Positions 46,436 to 55,018 of a stretch of DNA of 64,000 nucleotides are shown here, piece by piece. The DNA is taken from NCBI GenBank assembly GCA_963842585.1, contig CAWJHG010000005.1:285652-349651 (forward strand). Direction: 5' to 3'. Within the stretch, counting starts at the first letter, position 1, and each line of letters opens with the position of its first letter. This DNA is from Candidatus Acidiferrales bacterium. GTDB lineage: Bacteria > Acidobacteriota > Terriglobia > Acidiferrales > UBA7541. The position numbers were made by a program, and so were the translations under genes. The notes under the pieces were generated by a model that saw nothing but the letters and a program-made list of their open reading frames with translations, did not search any database and was not told where the DNA came from.

Positions 46436-46678
46436 TTACTTGTTTCGGGACCTCATATCGCTTTTGACAGCCCAAATGATGACGATGATGATGTCGAACA
46501 GAATCCCTCTCGGGTGATAGTAGTCAAACCAACCATTTAGGGCCACTAGGACCGCGACGACGACCCAAAAGGACCAGGGATGCTCTGGCGGCCAGTCAAA
46601 TAAACTGATGTGACCGCTGCCTGCTCTTTTGTCGTCGGGAATGCTCAGAGGGTCACTCATCGGGCGAAATTCTAACAT
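46436..46678 (-). CDS. possible small membrane protein
   Basis: 80 aa with two hydrophobic segments (WSFWVVVAVLVALNGW, ILFDIIIVIIWAV). Confidence 0.45.
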   Translation of the reverse strand: MLEFRPMSDPLSIPDDKRAGSGHISLFDWPPEHPWSFWVVVAVLVALNGWFDYYHPRGILFDIIIVIIWAVKSDMRSRNK

Positions 46679-46710
46679 GTCGCAAGCGACGAGCGCCGTG
46701 AGTTACTCCT

Positions 46711-46727
46711 GGTAAACGCCGTAACCG
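46711..46727 (+). repeat. junction motif copy
   Basis: GGTAAACGCCGTAACCG. 14/17 identical to 44206-44222 in the same orientation. Confidence 0.5.
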
Positions 46728-46775
46728 CCCAAGTACGTATCAGAACCCCAGATTCAAATTACTTGCGTCCACGAA

Positions 46776-47336
46776 TTAAGATTCCGGCAAATGCTTGCGA
46801 ACGAGTTCACGAAGAGCGGTGACCTCCGCTTGGTCCGCCAGGCAGCGCTTCGGAATGACGCGAGCCCATGCTTTAGTCACATATAGCAGAAAGCAAGAAC
46901 GAGTTTCCTTGGCCTTTACGAACGCCGTCCAATTAAGCTCTCCGTTCCCGGTTGAATCTTCTATGAGCACACCAGAGTCAGAGAACTGATATCGGGTGGT
47001 TTGGACATTGCGTGGGTCAGCAAAAAATTTTCGCGCATTCAGCATTGGGCCGAGAAACACAAGGAAGAGCGGGATTACAAGAGCAAACAAGAGAGGTTTC
47101 GCCCCACGAAGGTTTTCTTGCCACTCAATTTCTGGATGCGGATTTATCAAAGCTAGGCAGTACAAGAAAACCATCAATACTCCGACGCCAACCCATATCC
47201 ACAAAAATACCCGCAGTTGTTGGGCAACTATATAAACGTTGGCCCAATAGACCTCGGACTGCGTGAGTTTGATTTCGGCGTTAATCGGAAGTTGGGAGGG
47301 CATGCGCCGCAGGATACCACACACGACGTTGTGCAA
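46776..47336 (-). CDS. YcxB-like membrane protein (hypothetical)
   Basis: Two central TM helices, then YQFSDSGVLIEDSTGNGELNWTAFVKAKETRSCFLLYVTKAWARVIPKR, as in YcxB-like domains. The start is TTG 47336 or ATG 47303. Confidence 0.55.
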   Translation of the reverse strand: MHNVVCGILRRMPSQLPINAEIKLTQSEVYWANVYIVAQQLRVFLWIWVGVGVLMVFLYCLALINPHPEIEWQENLRGAKPLLFALVIPLFLVFLGPMLNARKFFADPRNVQTTRYQFSDSGVLIEDSTGNGELNWTAFVKAKETRSCFLLYVTKAWARVIPKRCLADQAEVTALRELVRKHLPES

Positions 47337-47361
47337 TCTCGATAGGTCTCCAAGGGGTCAG

Positions 47362-47391
47362 TCTAGGTCCCGATTGACGCCGTTACCGGAC
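47362..47391 (+). repeat. junction motif copy followed by 16-nt perfect palindrome
   Basis: GATTGACGCCGTTACCG overlaps the palindrome CCGGACAGCTGTCCGG (47376-47391). Confidence 0.6.
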
Positions 47392-47494
47392 AGCTGTCCG
47401 GTTAGCCGGGTGCATTCGACAGGTCGATGCAACACCATCCGATATAAATCTGCATTGGGCTCTCCACACGCTTGCGTCCGTCACAATGATGGGT

Positions 47495-50149
47495 TCACGA
47501 TAAATCGGTCAGATTGCTCTCCTGTTCCTTCGCCTTGGGCGCAATCTTGCTACTAAGTTGCTTGATAGCATTTTCCAGCCGCTGGCGCCGCTCCCAGAAC
47601 TCGGCCCACAAATCACCTTTTACTTTCAGACGTTCGGGCATCGTTTTCATATTCAGCTTTTCGGGTGTCATGCCTGTCCGCAGCTCGCGGGGCAGCAGGG
47701 GGGTAGAAACAGGCGCCTTCGGAAACGCGCGGACCACGTAGGGTGCAACAAGTGGGCGACCTTGAGCGTTTTGTTGCACATCAATCAGCACCCGGCCAAC
47801 CGGGCGTCGCGCCACGATCCGCTCATTCGTAACTAGGCTCGCGTGTTCTGAGGTCACCAAGCGTGTCACGATCTCCGCGAAAGTGCGTAATTGATCGTAG
47901 GTATAGACAGGCTCAACCGGAAGATAAAGGTGTATTCCCGTTGCGCCCGAGGTTTTCACAAATACACTCAGTTTCAATTCCTCCAACTTTTCATACACCG
48001 CCTTGGCAATCTTCAGGACCACAGAGAACTCTGTTCCCTCAGAGGGATCCAGATCAAAAAAGAGGTAATCTGGATGCTTGAGGTCGTCGCAGCGGCTGCT
48101 CCAAGGATTATGGTCGATGCAGCCGAGCCCAGTCAGGTAGAGCAGAGAAGCCCGGTCATTCGCGATGGCATAGTGAATGTGTCCGCCCCTCGTTTCGGAA
48201 TCGATGGTCACAGTCTTGAACCAATCGGGAAGCCCCTCGCGCAAATCTTTTTGAAAAAACGCTTGGTCCTTAATGCCGTCTGGGTACCGCCGCAACACCA
48301 AAGGACGATCCTTCAAGAAGGGCAGAACATAGTTGGCTATCCTGTAGTAGTAGGCGAGCAGGTCACGTTTCGTGTAGCCCGATTCCGGGAAAAACACTTT
48401 GTTCAAATTGCCCAGCCGGAATCGCTTGCCGTCCAGTTCCAGGGTGACGTTATCCGCATGGCCTTTAAAGAGTTCCGTTTCAATCTGCGCCTCCGTACTT
48501 AAGATTTTCCCCACTGCGAATGGTGCATGTACCACGCTGGGAGGCTCCAATGTCGTTTCAGGCGCCGGAACTTCGCTTTTCCAGCGGCATTCTTCCGGCT
48601 TTGCCTCCTTTCGCAGCCCCAGGAATACGGGATGACGCAACCTATTTTCTTGCGTCCAGCCGCTGAAACTCGCGCGCGCGACCAGGCTAGGCATGACCCA
48701 GGTTCCTTTCGTGTTTGTTCCGGGAGCTATGTCGAAGGCGCATTTCTTTACCTCTAACTCTCTTAGCTTCGCGGCAATTTCCCTGTGAGTTTTGCCGTCG
48801 AATCCGCTGCCAACATGTCCGATGAAACGCAAGTTCTTTCCCTCGTACAGACCCAGTAGCAGCGAACCGAATGGGGCGCCCGGAGCACGAGGAGCCGTCC
48901 AGCCACCCACAACGGCATCGATGGTCTTCGATGTTTTCAACTTGAGCCAATTCGAGCTGCGTTCACTGACATACAGGCTATCGATTCTTTTCGCAACGAC
49001 GCCTTCCAGCCCGTTTAGCTTTGCCACTTGAAACAATTCTTTCCCTTTTTCCACCTGATGATCGGAATAACGAATTCTCTCGGAGGTGTGCAGGAATCGA
49101 TGGAGCAGCAGTTTACGTTCAAGTAGCGGCGCGGACCGAAGGTCGTATCCATCGCAATACAAAAGATCGAACGCGAAATAGACCACAGGAAACTCGGAAA
49201 GCAGCTTTTGCCCAGGATTGCGCACATGCATCCGATCTTGCAGTTTTCCGAAATCGCTTCGCCCCCGGCTATCCAGCACTACAATTTCTCCGTCGATCAC
49301 AGCTTGGCGTCCGCTGAACGCTCCTGGAAGACCGGCCAAGTCTGGATATTGCGAGGTGATGTCCGCGCCAGACCGCGCTTGCAACTTCAATTTGCCATCG
49401 TTGATTCGTGCGACTGCGCGCGCTCCATCCCACTTTATTTCAAAAAGCCAGTTGGGATCAGAGAAAGGCCGTCTCGAGACCGTGGCCAACATTGGTGCTA
49501 TCCGCGCGGGCATCGTGTTCTTCCGTGCCCCTAGTAATTCTGTGGGATGCAGCGGACTTGGACCGCGTTTCGGCGGGCCATCCATCTTGATTTCATCAAG
49601 GCCGCGTCCCGTCAGTACAGAGCCGCCGTGATCATCGATGTTCCATATTGGATCAACAGCGGCATCCTTGTGCTTGATCATCAGCCATTCATTGCCTTTC
49701 TCGCTGTTCTTCAATTTGACGATCACAAAGCTGCCGCGAAGCTTTACACCGTTTAGCGCAAATTTAATTTCGCCATGCTCCAATTGCTTTCCGGCGTCTA
49801 ACTTGCCCTCCACTTGAAATGTCCCGCGGTCCCAGACCATCACAGTACCTGCACCGTAACTGCCCTCGGGAATATTGCCCTCGAAATTGGCATACTCCAG
49901 AGGATGATCTTCGGTCTGAACCGCCAGGCGCTTGTCGTTCGGATTCAGAGAAGGGCCTTTCGGCACAGCCCACGATTTCAGCGTGCCCTGAATAGCCAAT
50001 CGAAAATCATAATGCAGGCGGCGCGCGGCGTGCTGCTGTACCACGAAAGTATTCTGAGCTTTGGGAGTACTTTCCGTCCCTGAAGGCTCGGGTGTGCGGT
50101 CGAATTGTCGCTTCCTTTTGTATTCTTCCAGTTTCGTAATCTTTACCAT
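47495..50149 (-). CDS. ligD: multidomain ATP-dependent DNA ligase LigD (phosphoesterase - ligase - polymerase order)
   Basis: 884 aa. N-terminal PE domain (FVVQQHAARRLHYDFRL). Ligase adenylation motif I (FEIKWDGARAV). C-terminal primase-polymerase domain (YYYRIANYVLPFLKDRPLVLRRYPDGI...FFDLDP...VKTSGATGIHLYLP). Confidence 0.95.
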   Translation of the reverse strand: MVKITKLEEYKRKRQFDRTPEPSGTESTPKAQNTFVVQQHAARRLHYDFRLAIQGTLKSWAVPKGPSLNPNDKRLAVQTEDHPLEYANFEGNIPEGSYGAGTVMVWDRGTFQVEGKLDAGKQLEHGEIKFALNGVKLRGSFVIVKLKNSEKGNEWLMIKHKDAAVDPIWNIDDHGGSVLTGRGLDEIKMDGPPKRGPSPLHPTELLGARKNTMPARIAPMLATVSRRPFSDPNWLFEIKWDGARAVARINDGKLKLQARSGADITSQYPDLAGLPGAFSGRQAVIDGEIVVLDSRGRSDFGKLQDRMHVRNPGQKLLSEFPVVYFAFDLLYCDGYDLRSAPLLERKLLLHRFLHTSERIRYSDHQVEKGKELFQVAKLNGLEGVVAKRIDSLYVSERSSNWLKLKTSKTIDAVVGGWTAPRAPGAPFGSLLLGLYEGKNLRFIGHVGSGFDGKTHREIAAKLRELEVKKCAFDIAPGTNTKGTWVMPSLVARASFSGWTQENRLRHPVFLGLRKEAKPEECRWKSEVPAPETTLEPPSVVHAPFAVGKILSTEAQIETELFKGHADNVTLELDGKRFRLGNLNKVFFPESGYTKRDLLAYYYRIANYVLPFLKDRPLVLRRYPDGIKDQAFFQKDLREGLPDWFKTVTIDSETRGGHIHYAIANDRASLLYLTGLGCIDHNPWSSRCDDLKHPDYLFFDLDPSEGTEFSVVLKIAKAVYEKLEELKLSVFVKTSGATGIHLYLPVEPVYTYDQLRTFAEIVTRLVTSEHASLVTNERIVARRPVGRVLIDVQQNAQGRPLVAPYVVRAFPKAPVSTPLLPRELRTGMTPEKLNMKTMPERLKVKGDLWAEFWERRQRLENAIKQLSSKIAPKAKEQESNLTDLS

Positions 50150-50296
50150 AGACGCATTCTATCTTAGGCATTCGACAAGGTTTCATGTGCCTTTTGGCAC
50201 GTTTTAGCTCGTTTTTTTGGCTTGCATCCGGCAAGGGTGATCGTTAACCTTAAATACTCGTTTGCGGCCAATTCCCCTTGTGGAAGGAGTCTCGCT

Positions 50297-51190
50297 ATGG
50301 CTACCACTGTCTGGAAGGGCCACCTGACCTTTGGGTTAATTTCCATTCCTATGCGTATGTTTGCCGCTGCCCGGGGCGAGCGAATCAGCTTTAATCAACT
50401 CCATAACGTTTGCCATTCGCGCCTCAAGCAACCGCTTTTCTGCCCCGTTTGCAATCGCAACGTGGAACGCTCCGAGATCGTGAAAGGTTACGAGTACGAT
50501 AAAGACCAATATGTCCTTTTTAGCGAAGAAGATCTCGACAAGATTGAACCTCCATCAGCGCGCGTGATGGAGATCATCGAATTCGTAAAGCTCGATGAGA
50601 TGGATCCGCTTTACTTGGATTCTTCTTATTACATCACCCCGGAAGATGCTGGTCTGAAGGCCTACACATTGCTGATGAAGGCCATGAAGGAAACTGGCTA
50701 TGGGGCAATCGCCAAGCTCTCTATGCACCAACGGGAACATATCGTCATTATCCGTCCAGGCGCCAAAACACTAACGCTGCACACCATGTTCTATTCCAAC
50801 GAAATTCGAGCCGCCGAGGAGATTCCCACGGACAAGATCGAAGTTAAAGATCAGGAAAAGAAACTTGCGGAGCAGCTTATTGAAAGCCTTGCAGTTCCTT
50901 TTCAACCAGATAAATACCGCGACGAATACACTGAAAATGTCCGCGCCATGATCGATGCCAAGCTCAAGGGCCAGCAAGTTATCGGGACTCCGCAGCCCCA
51001 ACTGGCACCCGTGATAGATTTGATGGAAGCCCTCAAGAAGAGCATCGCAGAACAGCATTCCCCGGCAATGACGGTGGCCTCTTCGACACAGACTGGTCCA
51101 GTCGCCGTGCCTTCAGGCAAGAAACCTCCTGCTCGAGCCGTGCAACCGGTGCCTGCAGCCCAAAAACGGGGTAAGAAAGCAGTCGGCTAA
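50297..51190 (+). CDS. ku: Ku DNA end-binding protein
   Basis: ATG 50297 follows GGAAGGAG. WKGHLTFGLISIPMRMFAA...IVKGYEYDKDQYVLFSEEDL...YYITPED is the canonical bacterial Ku core. The C-terminal tail is basic. Confidence 0.9.
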   Translation: MATTVWKGHLTFGLISIPMRMFAAARGERISFNQLHNVCHSRLKQPLFCPVCNRNVERSEIVKGYEYDKDQYVLFSEEDLDKIEPPSARVMEIIEFVKLDEMDPLYLDSSYYITPEDAGLKAYTLLMKAMKETGYGAIAKLSMHQREHIVIIRPGAKTLTLHTMFYSNEIRAAEEIPTDKIEVKDQEKKLAEQLIESLAVPFQPDKYRDEYTENVRAMIDAKLKGQQVIGTPQPQLAPVIDLMEALKKSIAEQHSPAMTVASSTQTGPVAVPSGKKPPARAVQPVPAAQKRGKKAVG

Positions 51191-51193
51191 TTC

Positions 51194-52072
51194 TTGATGG
51201 GTGCCACGGATAGATTCTCGCCCGATGACGTGCAACGCATCCTTGGTCTGACTCGAAAACAGTTAGGCTACTGGGCCCGCCTGCGCTTAGTCTCCCCCCG
51301 TACCGACCAGGACGTGCGCTATTATGACTTTCGCGATCTGATCGGTTTGCGGATGATTAAGCAGTTGACCGAAACTGGTGTATCTGCGGGCCGTTTACAG
51401 CGCGTGCTCTTTGCCCTCAACGAAAAACTTTCGCAGGTTAAAACCCCGCTTTGCGAACTTCGCATTCTTTCGGACGGCAAGGAAGTTCTCGTGGAGCACG
51501 GTTCCGGTAGGCTTGAGCCGCTCTCAGGTCAATTTGCATTGAATTTTGAAACGCGAGAGCTTGATGCAAGTGTTCGATTCATTGCTCAGCGCAGCGCTGA
51601 AGATTGGCTTGCAATGGCCCTATCTTACGAAGCCGACGTAAAAAACAAAGCCGAGGCGATCAACGCCTATGACCGCTGCGTGGATGTCGATCCCCACAAT
51701 GTCGCTGCGCTGCTGAACTGCGGAACCCTTTTCTATGAAGATGGAAATTTCGAGAAAGCCACAGAGTATTTTCAGCGGGCGCTTGCCGTCCAGCCGCAAG
51801 ATTACTTGGTGCACTTCAACCTTGGTAGTGTCCTTGAAGAAATGGGCGAACTCGAAGAATCGCGCCGGCACCTGCGTCAGGCTGTAATCCTCAATCCTTC
51901 CTATGGTGATGCCCACTATAATTTAGCGTTCGTATGCGAAAAACTTCGCGCATTTCGAGAAGCGCGCGAACACTGGCAGGCTTACCTCAAGCTCGATCCC
52001 ACAGACCCTTGGTCAGTCTACGCCCGCCAACGTATAGCTGCTGCACACGGGGCGATATCCGCGATCCGGTGA
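51194..52072 (+). CDS. MerR-type HTH domain fused to TPR repeats
   Basis: The N-terminus FSPDDVQRILGLTRKQLGYWARLRLV...YYDFRDLIGLRMI is MerR-like. The C-terminal TPR units include AINAYDRCVDVDPHNVAALLNCGTLFYEDGNFEKA and YNLAFV. The gene starts 4-7 nt after the ku stop. Confidence 0.75.
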   Translation: MMGATDRFSPDDVQRILGLTRKQLGYWARLRLVSPRTDQDVRYYDFRDLIGLRMIKQLTETGVSAGRLQRVLFALNEKLSQVKTPLCELRILSDGKEVLVEHGSGRLEPLSGQFALNFETRELDASVRFIAQRSAEDWLAMALSYEADVKNKAEAINAYDRCVDVDPHNVAALLNCGTLFYEDGNFEKATEYFQRALAVQPQDYLVHFNLGSVLEEMGELEESRRHLRQAVILNPSYGDAHYNLAFVCEKLRAFREAREHWQAYLKLDPTDPWSVYARQRIAAAHGAISAIR

Positions 52073-52197
52073 GGTGGCTGCTAGAGCTCCGTCTCCCTGG
52101 TTAGTGGCCTTCCGGCCACCTCCTGTCAATCCGCTCCAATACAAACGCAGCCTCAAGCGAGGCCATAAAGCTCGCTGATTCGGAATAAAACCATTCC

Positions 52198-52225
52198 GGT
52201 TAACGCGGAAACTCCGATACTTCAC
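52198..52225 (+). repeat. junction-motif-like site downstream of the NHEJ block
   Basis: GGTTAACGCGGAAACTCCGATACTTCAC. Compare GATTAACGCAGCTGAAACCGGAAACTT at 44734. Confidence 0.4.
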
Positions 52226-52962
52226 GGGGAATTCCCGGGCAAATCCCATCAGGTCCAGTGTGAGGCTTTTCGTTCTTCCCCCCTCAATATGGATGAGGGC
52301 AGTTCTCGTCACAGCTTCCCGTGAGCCGGCCAGAGACCCATCCCGGTCAGCCGTCTGGCACTCGCGCCCCGCTCTAGAAGGTTGTCAGGTTTGGGATTAA
52401 AAGCACAGGAATCCTCACTTATGAACATCGCCTCTGTTCATATCGATGCCCTCCTGTCCCTCGGCTACACGGAAGCTGAAGTCCGATTTTTTTACATCGT
52501 GGCCACGCATTCCGCCTACTTTGTAGCCGCCAATTCCTTGCTTTTACTGATGCTCACTGGGACGGCCGCACGACCACCTTCTGGAACAAACTGCAAAACA
52601 AAAACCATGCAGGTACCGAACGCTGTCCAAAGAGCGGAAAGGGCAGGGAATGGAAAGGGCACTCGGGTAGCGTTTCGAAGGATTGTATCGGGGATGGAAA
52701 AGCGGTCGTGTCAGTGAACTAGGCATCCGTTAGAAGGTTGGAACAATTGAAAGAAAACAAACCATCGGCTTCGCGACATTCTTACTGCGACGAATTGCTC
52801 CCGGTGAAGACTCCGCAAAGTTCGATTGAAGATTGTAAGAATTACGCTATTCACTTTTTGAAATTTAAAATTCTTCATACATCAAAGCCCTGAAGTCCTC
52901 TGAAGCCGGAAAGATACAAAGCCGAGGAAAGGAAAAGTGACCGTGGAAAAAAGGTTCAAATC

Positions 52963-53028
52963 GGGCGGGAGCGACCCCACTTTTTCGGCTTTCAGCCGCC
53001 CAAAAAGTTCGTGGGGTCGCTCCCGCCC
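52963..53028. repeat. 66-nt near-perfect extended hairpin / inverted repeat
   Basis: 18-nt perfect arms GGGCGGGAGCGACCCCAC (52963-52980) and GTGGGGTCGCTCCCGCCC (53011-53028). Inner pairing is ACTTTTT-CGGC / GCCG-(CCC)-AAAAAGT. It lies about 130 nt upstream of the RHH gene. Confidence 0.8.
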
Positions 53029-53158
53029 AGTTCGGAAGTGCCGGACGAACCTGACGTCGCGTCCTACATCGACGCACGGTAAGGTCGAGTACGACCTGAA
53101 TAAAGAGTTTGCATGCGCTCTTCCGTAAGTGGCGCATTGTCAAAAGGAGAAAATTAAA

Positions 53159-53413
53159 ATGCCAATTCTGAAGTCGTCGCCGAAGCAGCCTAAGAATGAG
53201 ACATTGCAACTTCGCATTGAGGGCGGCATGAAGCAGCGGCTCGCAAAGTATGCTGAGTTCATCGACTCGACCGAATCATACGTTGTAAGCGAGGCGCTAA
53301 AACTGATATTCCGCAAAGACGATGAATTTAGGGAGTGGCTTGAAAGGCAGGATGATAATACCGACTCGCAGCAATCCTTGAGCGCTCCCAATCTGTTTGA
53401 GGGAAAGAAGTAA
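53159..53413 (+). CDS. small ribbon-helix-helix-like (CopG-type) protein, hypothetical
   Basis: ATG 53159 follows AAGGAG. ETLQLRIEGGMKQRLAKYAEFIDSTESYVVSEALKLIF fits a beta-alpha-alpha RHH pattern. Confidence 0.5.
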   Translation: MPILKSSPKQPKNETLQLRIEGGMKQRLAKYAEFIDSTESYVVSEALKLIFRKDDEFREWLERQDDNTDSQQSLSAPNLFEGKK

Positions 53414-53712
53414 TGACTTCTAGCCCAACGGTAACAGGACATGCCGCTACTCGGGCGGCCACAGGCGAGAACGAGAGCAATTGCTCGGGATCTCCTGGAA
53501 TCGATGCTCCAGCCCGCATAAAGAACAGGATAGACGCGTTTGAAACGTTGATTGATAGCGTGGAAGCTGCGCGCCTCTTAGGCGACATACACGTCAAAAC
53601 TCTGCAACGGTACGCCCGGCGAGGAGAGCTGCCGGGCTACCGTGTCGGAGGTCATTGGTATTTCCGTGCTTCTGAGCTAGACGCGTGGCTGCGTTCTCGG
53701 ATAAATTCATGA
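53413..53712 (+). CDS. excisionase-family helix-turn-helix DNA-binding protein
   Basis: VEAARLLGDIHVKTLQRYARRGELPGYRVGGHWYFRASELDAWL is the excisionase/MerR-superfamily HTH signature. The start overlaps the preceding stop (TAATG). Confidence 0.75.
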   Translation: MTSSPTVTGHAATRAATGENESNCSGSPGIDAPARIKNRIDAFETLIDSVEAARLLGDIHVKTLQRYARRGELPGYRVGGHWYFRASELDAWLRSRINS

Positions 53713-53747
53713 TGCCATCCGTGCCGCTGACTAAGGAGGCAAAGTGA

Positions 53748-54887
53748 ATGTTTAAGCGGACACGGTATCAGTTCGGATGGATACGTAGGAAACCCCGCAA
53801 GCGAGGTCCTGAGGTTTGGGTTTGGACTTTCAGATCCAAATCACCAAACGGAGGGCGAAAGGAAAATTCGGTGATTGTGGGAACGGTATTGAAGTACCCA
53901 TCAAAATCCGAAGCGTGGAAAGCGACGGAGAGCCTGCGCCTTTCGATGAACAGTCCACATCTCGATGAAGAAATCATCTTCGGAGCAATAATCGATCGCT
54001 ACATACGAGAAGCGATTCCAAGGCGGAAAGTAACCCAGAGTCGGTACCAATCCTGGATCAATAATTACATTAGACCGCATTGGAAAAACGTACTTCTCGC
54101 GAAGATGAAGCCTTTGGTTGTCGAGCAGTGGATCGAAAGCCTGAGTCTTGCCCCGAAGAGCAAAGGGCATATTCGTAGCATGATGCATATTTTGTTCAAC
54201 TGGGCGATGCGGTGGGAATTGATTCCATTCCAAATCAACCCGATGAACCTTGTTCGTATCAAAGGTTCGTCCAAGCGCGAGCGAGAACCGCGAATTCTTA
54301 CTATCGAGGAATTTCGCCGATTTATCGACCACGTTGTAGAGCCTTGCAAGACTATGTGCATCGTGACAGCTTGCCTGGGACTGCGCGTGAGCGAGACGCT
54401 GGGATTAAAGTGGAGTGATTTCGATTGGAATGACTTGCGTGTAAGAATCCAGCGCTCTTGGGTCGCTGGGGTCGAAGACGAAGTGAAGACAATTTATTCA
54501 AAAAAGTGGATGCCTGTCGATCCAGTGCTTGCTGAACTGCTACAACAGCACAAGGCAAGAACAACTCCCGAGGCAAAGAATACTGATTGGGTCTTTGCAA
54601 ATCCGGAGAGTGGGAAACCGTATTGGCCAGGTCGCCTGCAGGAGCATCATCTGGTTCCGGCAGGAATGGCCGCCAAGATCGGGCGAGTTGGCTGGCATAC
54701 ATTTCGTCACTCGTATTCAACCTTACTGAGAGCGTTTGGTGTTGACGTGAAGGTGCAGCAGGAATTGCTCCGCCACGCCGACATTCGAACGACAATGAAC
54801 ATCTACACGCAGGCAGTTCCACAAGCAATGAGGGAAGCACACGGAAAAGTGGTTGAAATGTTGTTGCCTATTCGGAAGGCGGGATGA
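53748..54887 (+). CDS. tyrosine-type site-specific integrase
   Basis: RBS AAGGAGG. Catalytic region TACLGLRVSE (Arg I), HTFRHSYSTLL (H-x-x-R), LLRHADIRTTMNIYTQ (His/Tyr). The N-terminal SAM-like domain includes WIESL. Confidence 0.9.
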   Translation: MFKRTRYQFGWIRRKPRKRGPEVWVWTFRSKSPNGGRKENSVIVGTVLKYPSKSEAWKATESLRLSMNSPHLDEEIIFGAIIDRYIREAIPRRKVTQSRYQSWINNYIRPHWKNVLLAKMKPLVVEQWIESLSLAPKSKGHIRSMMHILFNWAMRWELIPFQINPMNLVRIKGSSKREREPRILTIEEFRRFIDHVVEPCKTMCIVTACLGLRVSETLGLKWSDFDWNDLRVRIQRSWVAGVEDEVKTIYSKKWMPVDPVLAELLQQHKARTTPEAKNTDWVFANPESGKPYWPGRLQEHHLVPAGMAAKIGRVGWHTFRHSYSTLLRAFGVDVKVQQELLRHADIRTTMNIYTQAVPQAMREAHGKVVEMLLPIRKAG

Positions 54888-54995
54888 AAACGAGGCAGCT
54901 TTGGGGCAGCATTAAGCGTTCCCTTGAGTGTTAAGTCCTTTCTTTTTGTTCCGTAGAATGTTTTGAAAGTTCTTGAGAACACTGGTAAAGCGGAA

Positions 54996-55018
54996 TTCGA
55001 TCCCCACCGCCCCTACCA
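54996..55018 (+). repeat. att core copy 2 (attR of the 18-kb island)
   Basis: TTCGATCCCCACCGCCCCTACCA, an exact copy of the tRNA-Lys 3' end. No tRNA body precedes it. Confidence 0.9.

Larger units (their letters stand above)
37093..55018 (+). mobile_element. tRNA-Lys-associated integrative genomic island (about 18 kb), RHH-Xis-Int module at its distal end
   Basis: Bounded by exact 23-nt direct repeats (the tRNA 3' end and 54996-55018). The integrase ends 108 nt before the distal repeat. The stretch contains IS elements and orphan ORFs and is visibly more AT-rich than the left 36 kb. Confidence 0.75.

Noticed and set aside
43484-47391. Interpretation of the junction repeats as classical integron attC sites.
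   Set aside because: The sites start with RYYYAAC-like boxes (GATTAAC, GCTTAAC). No complementary GTTRRRY R' box lies 50-130 nt downstream, and the two outer boxes do not pair. No IntI-type integrase is adjacent. They are kept as a non-canonical cassette-like array.
52104-52119. Hairpin GTGGCC-TTCC-GGCCAC 30 nt after the MerR/TPR stop, considered as a terminator.
   Set aside because: The stem is only 6 bp and no U-tract follows, so it is too weak to call.
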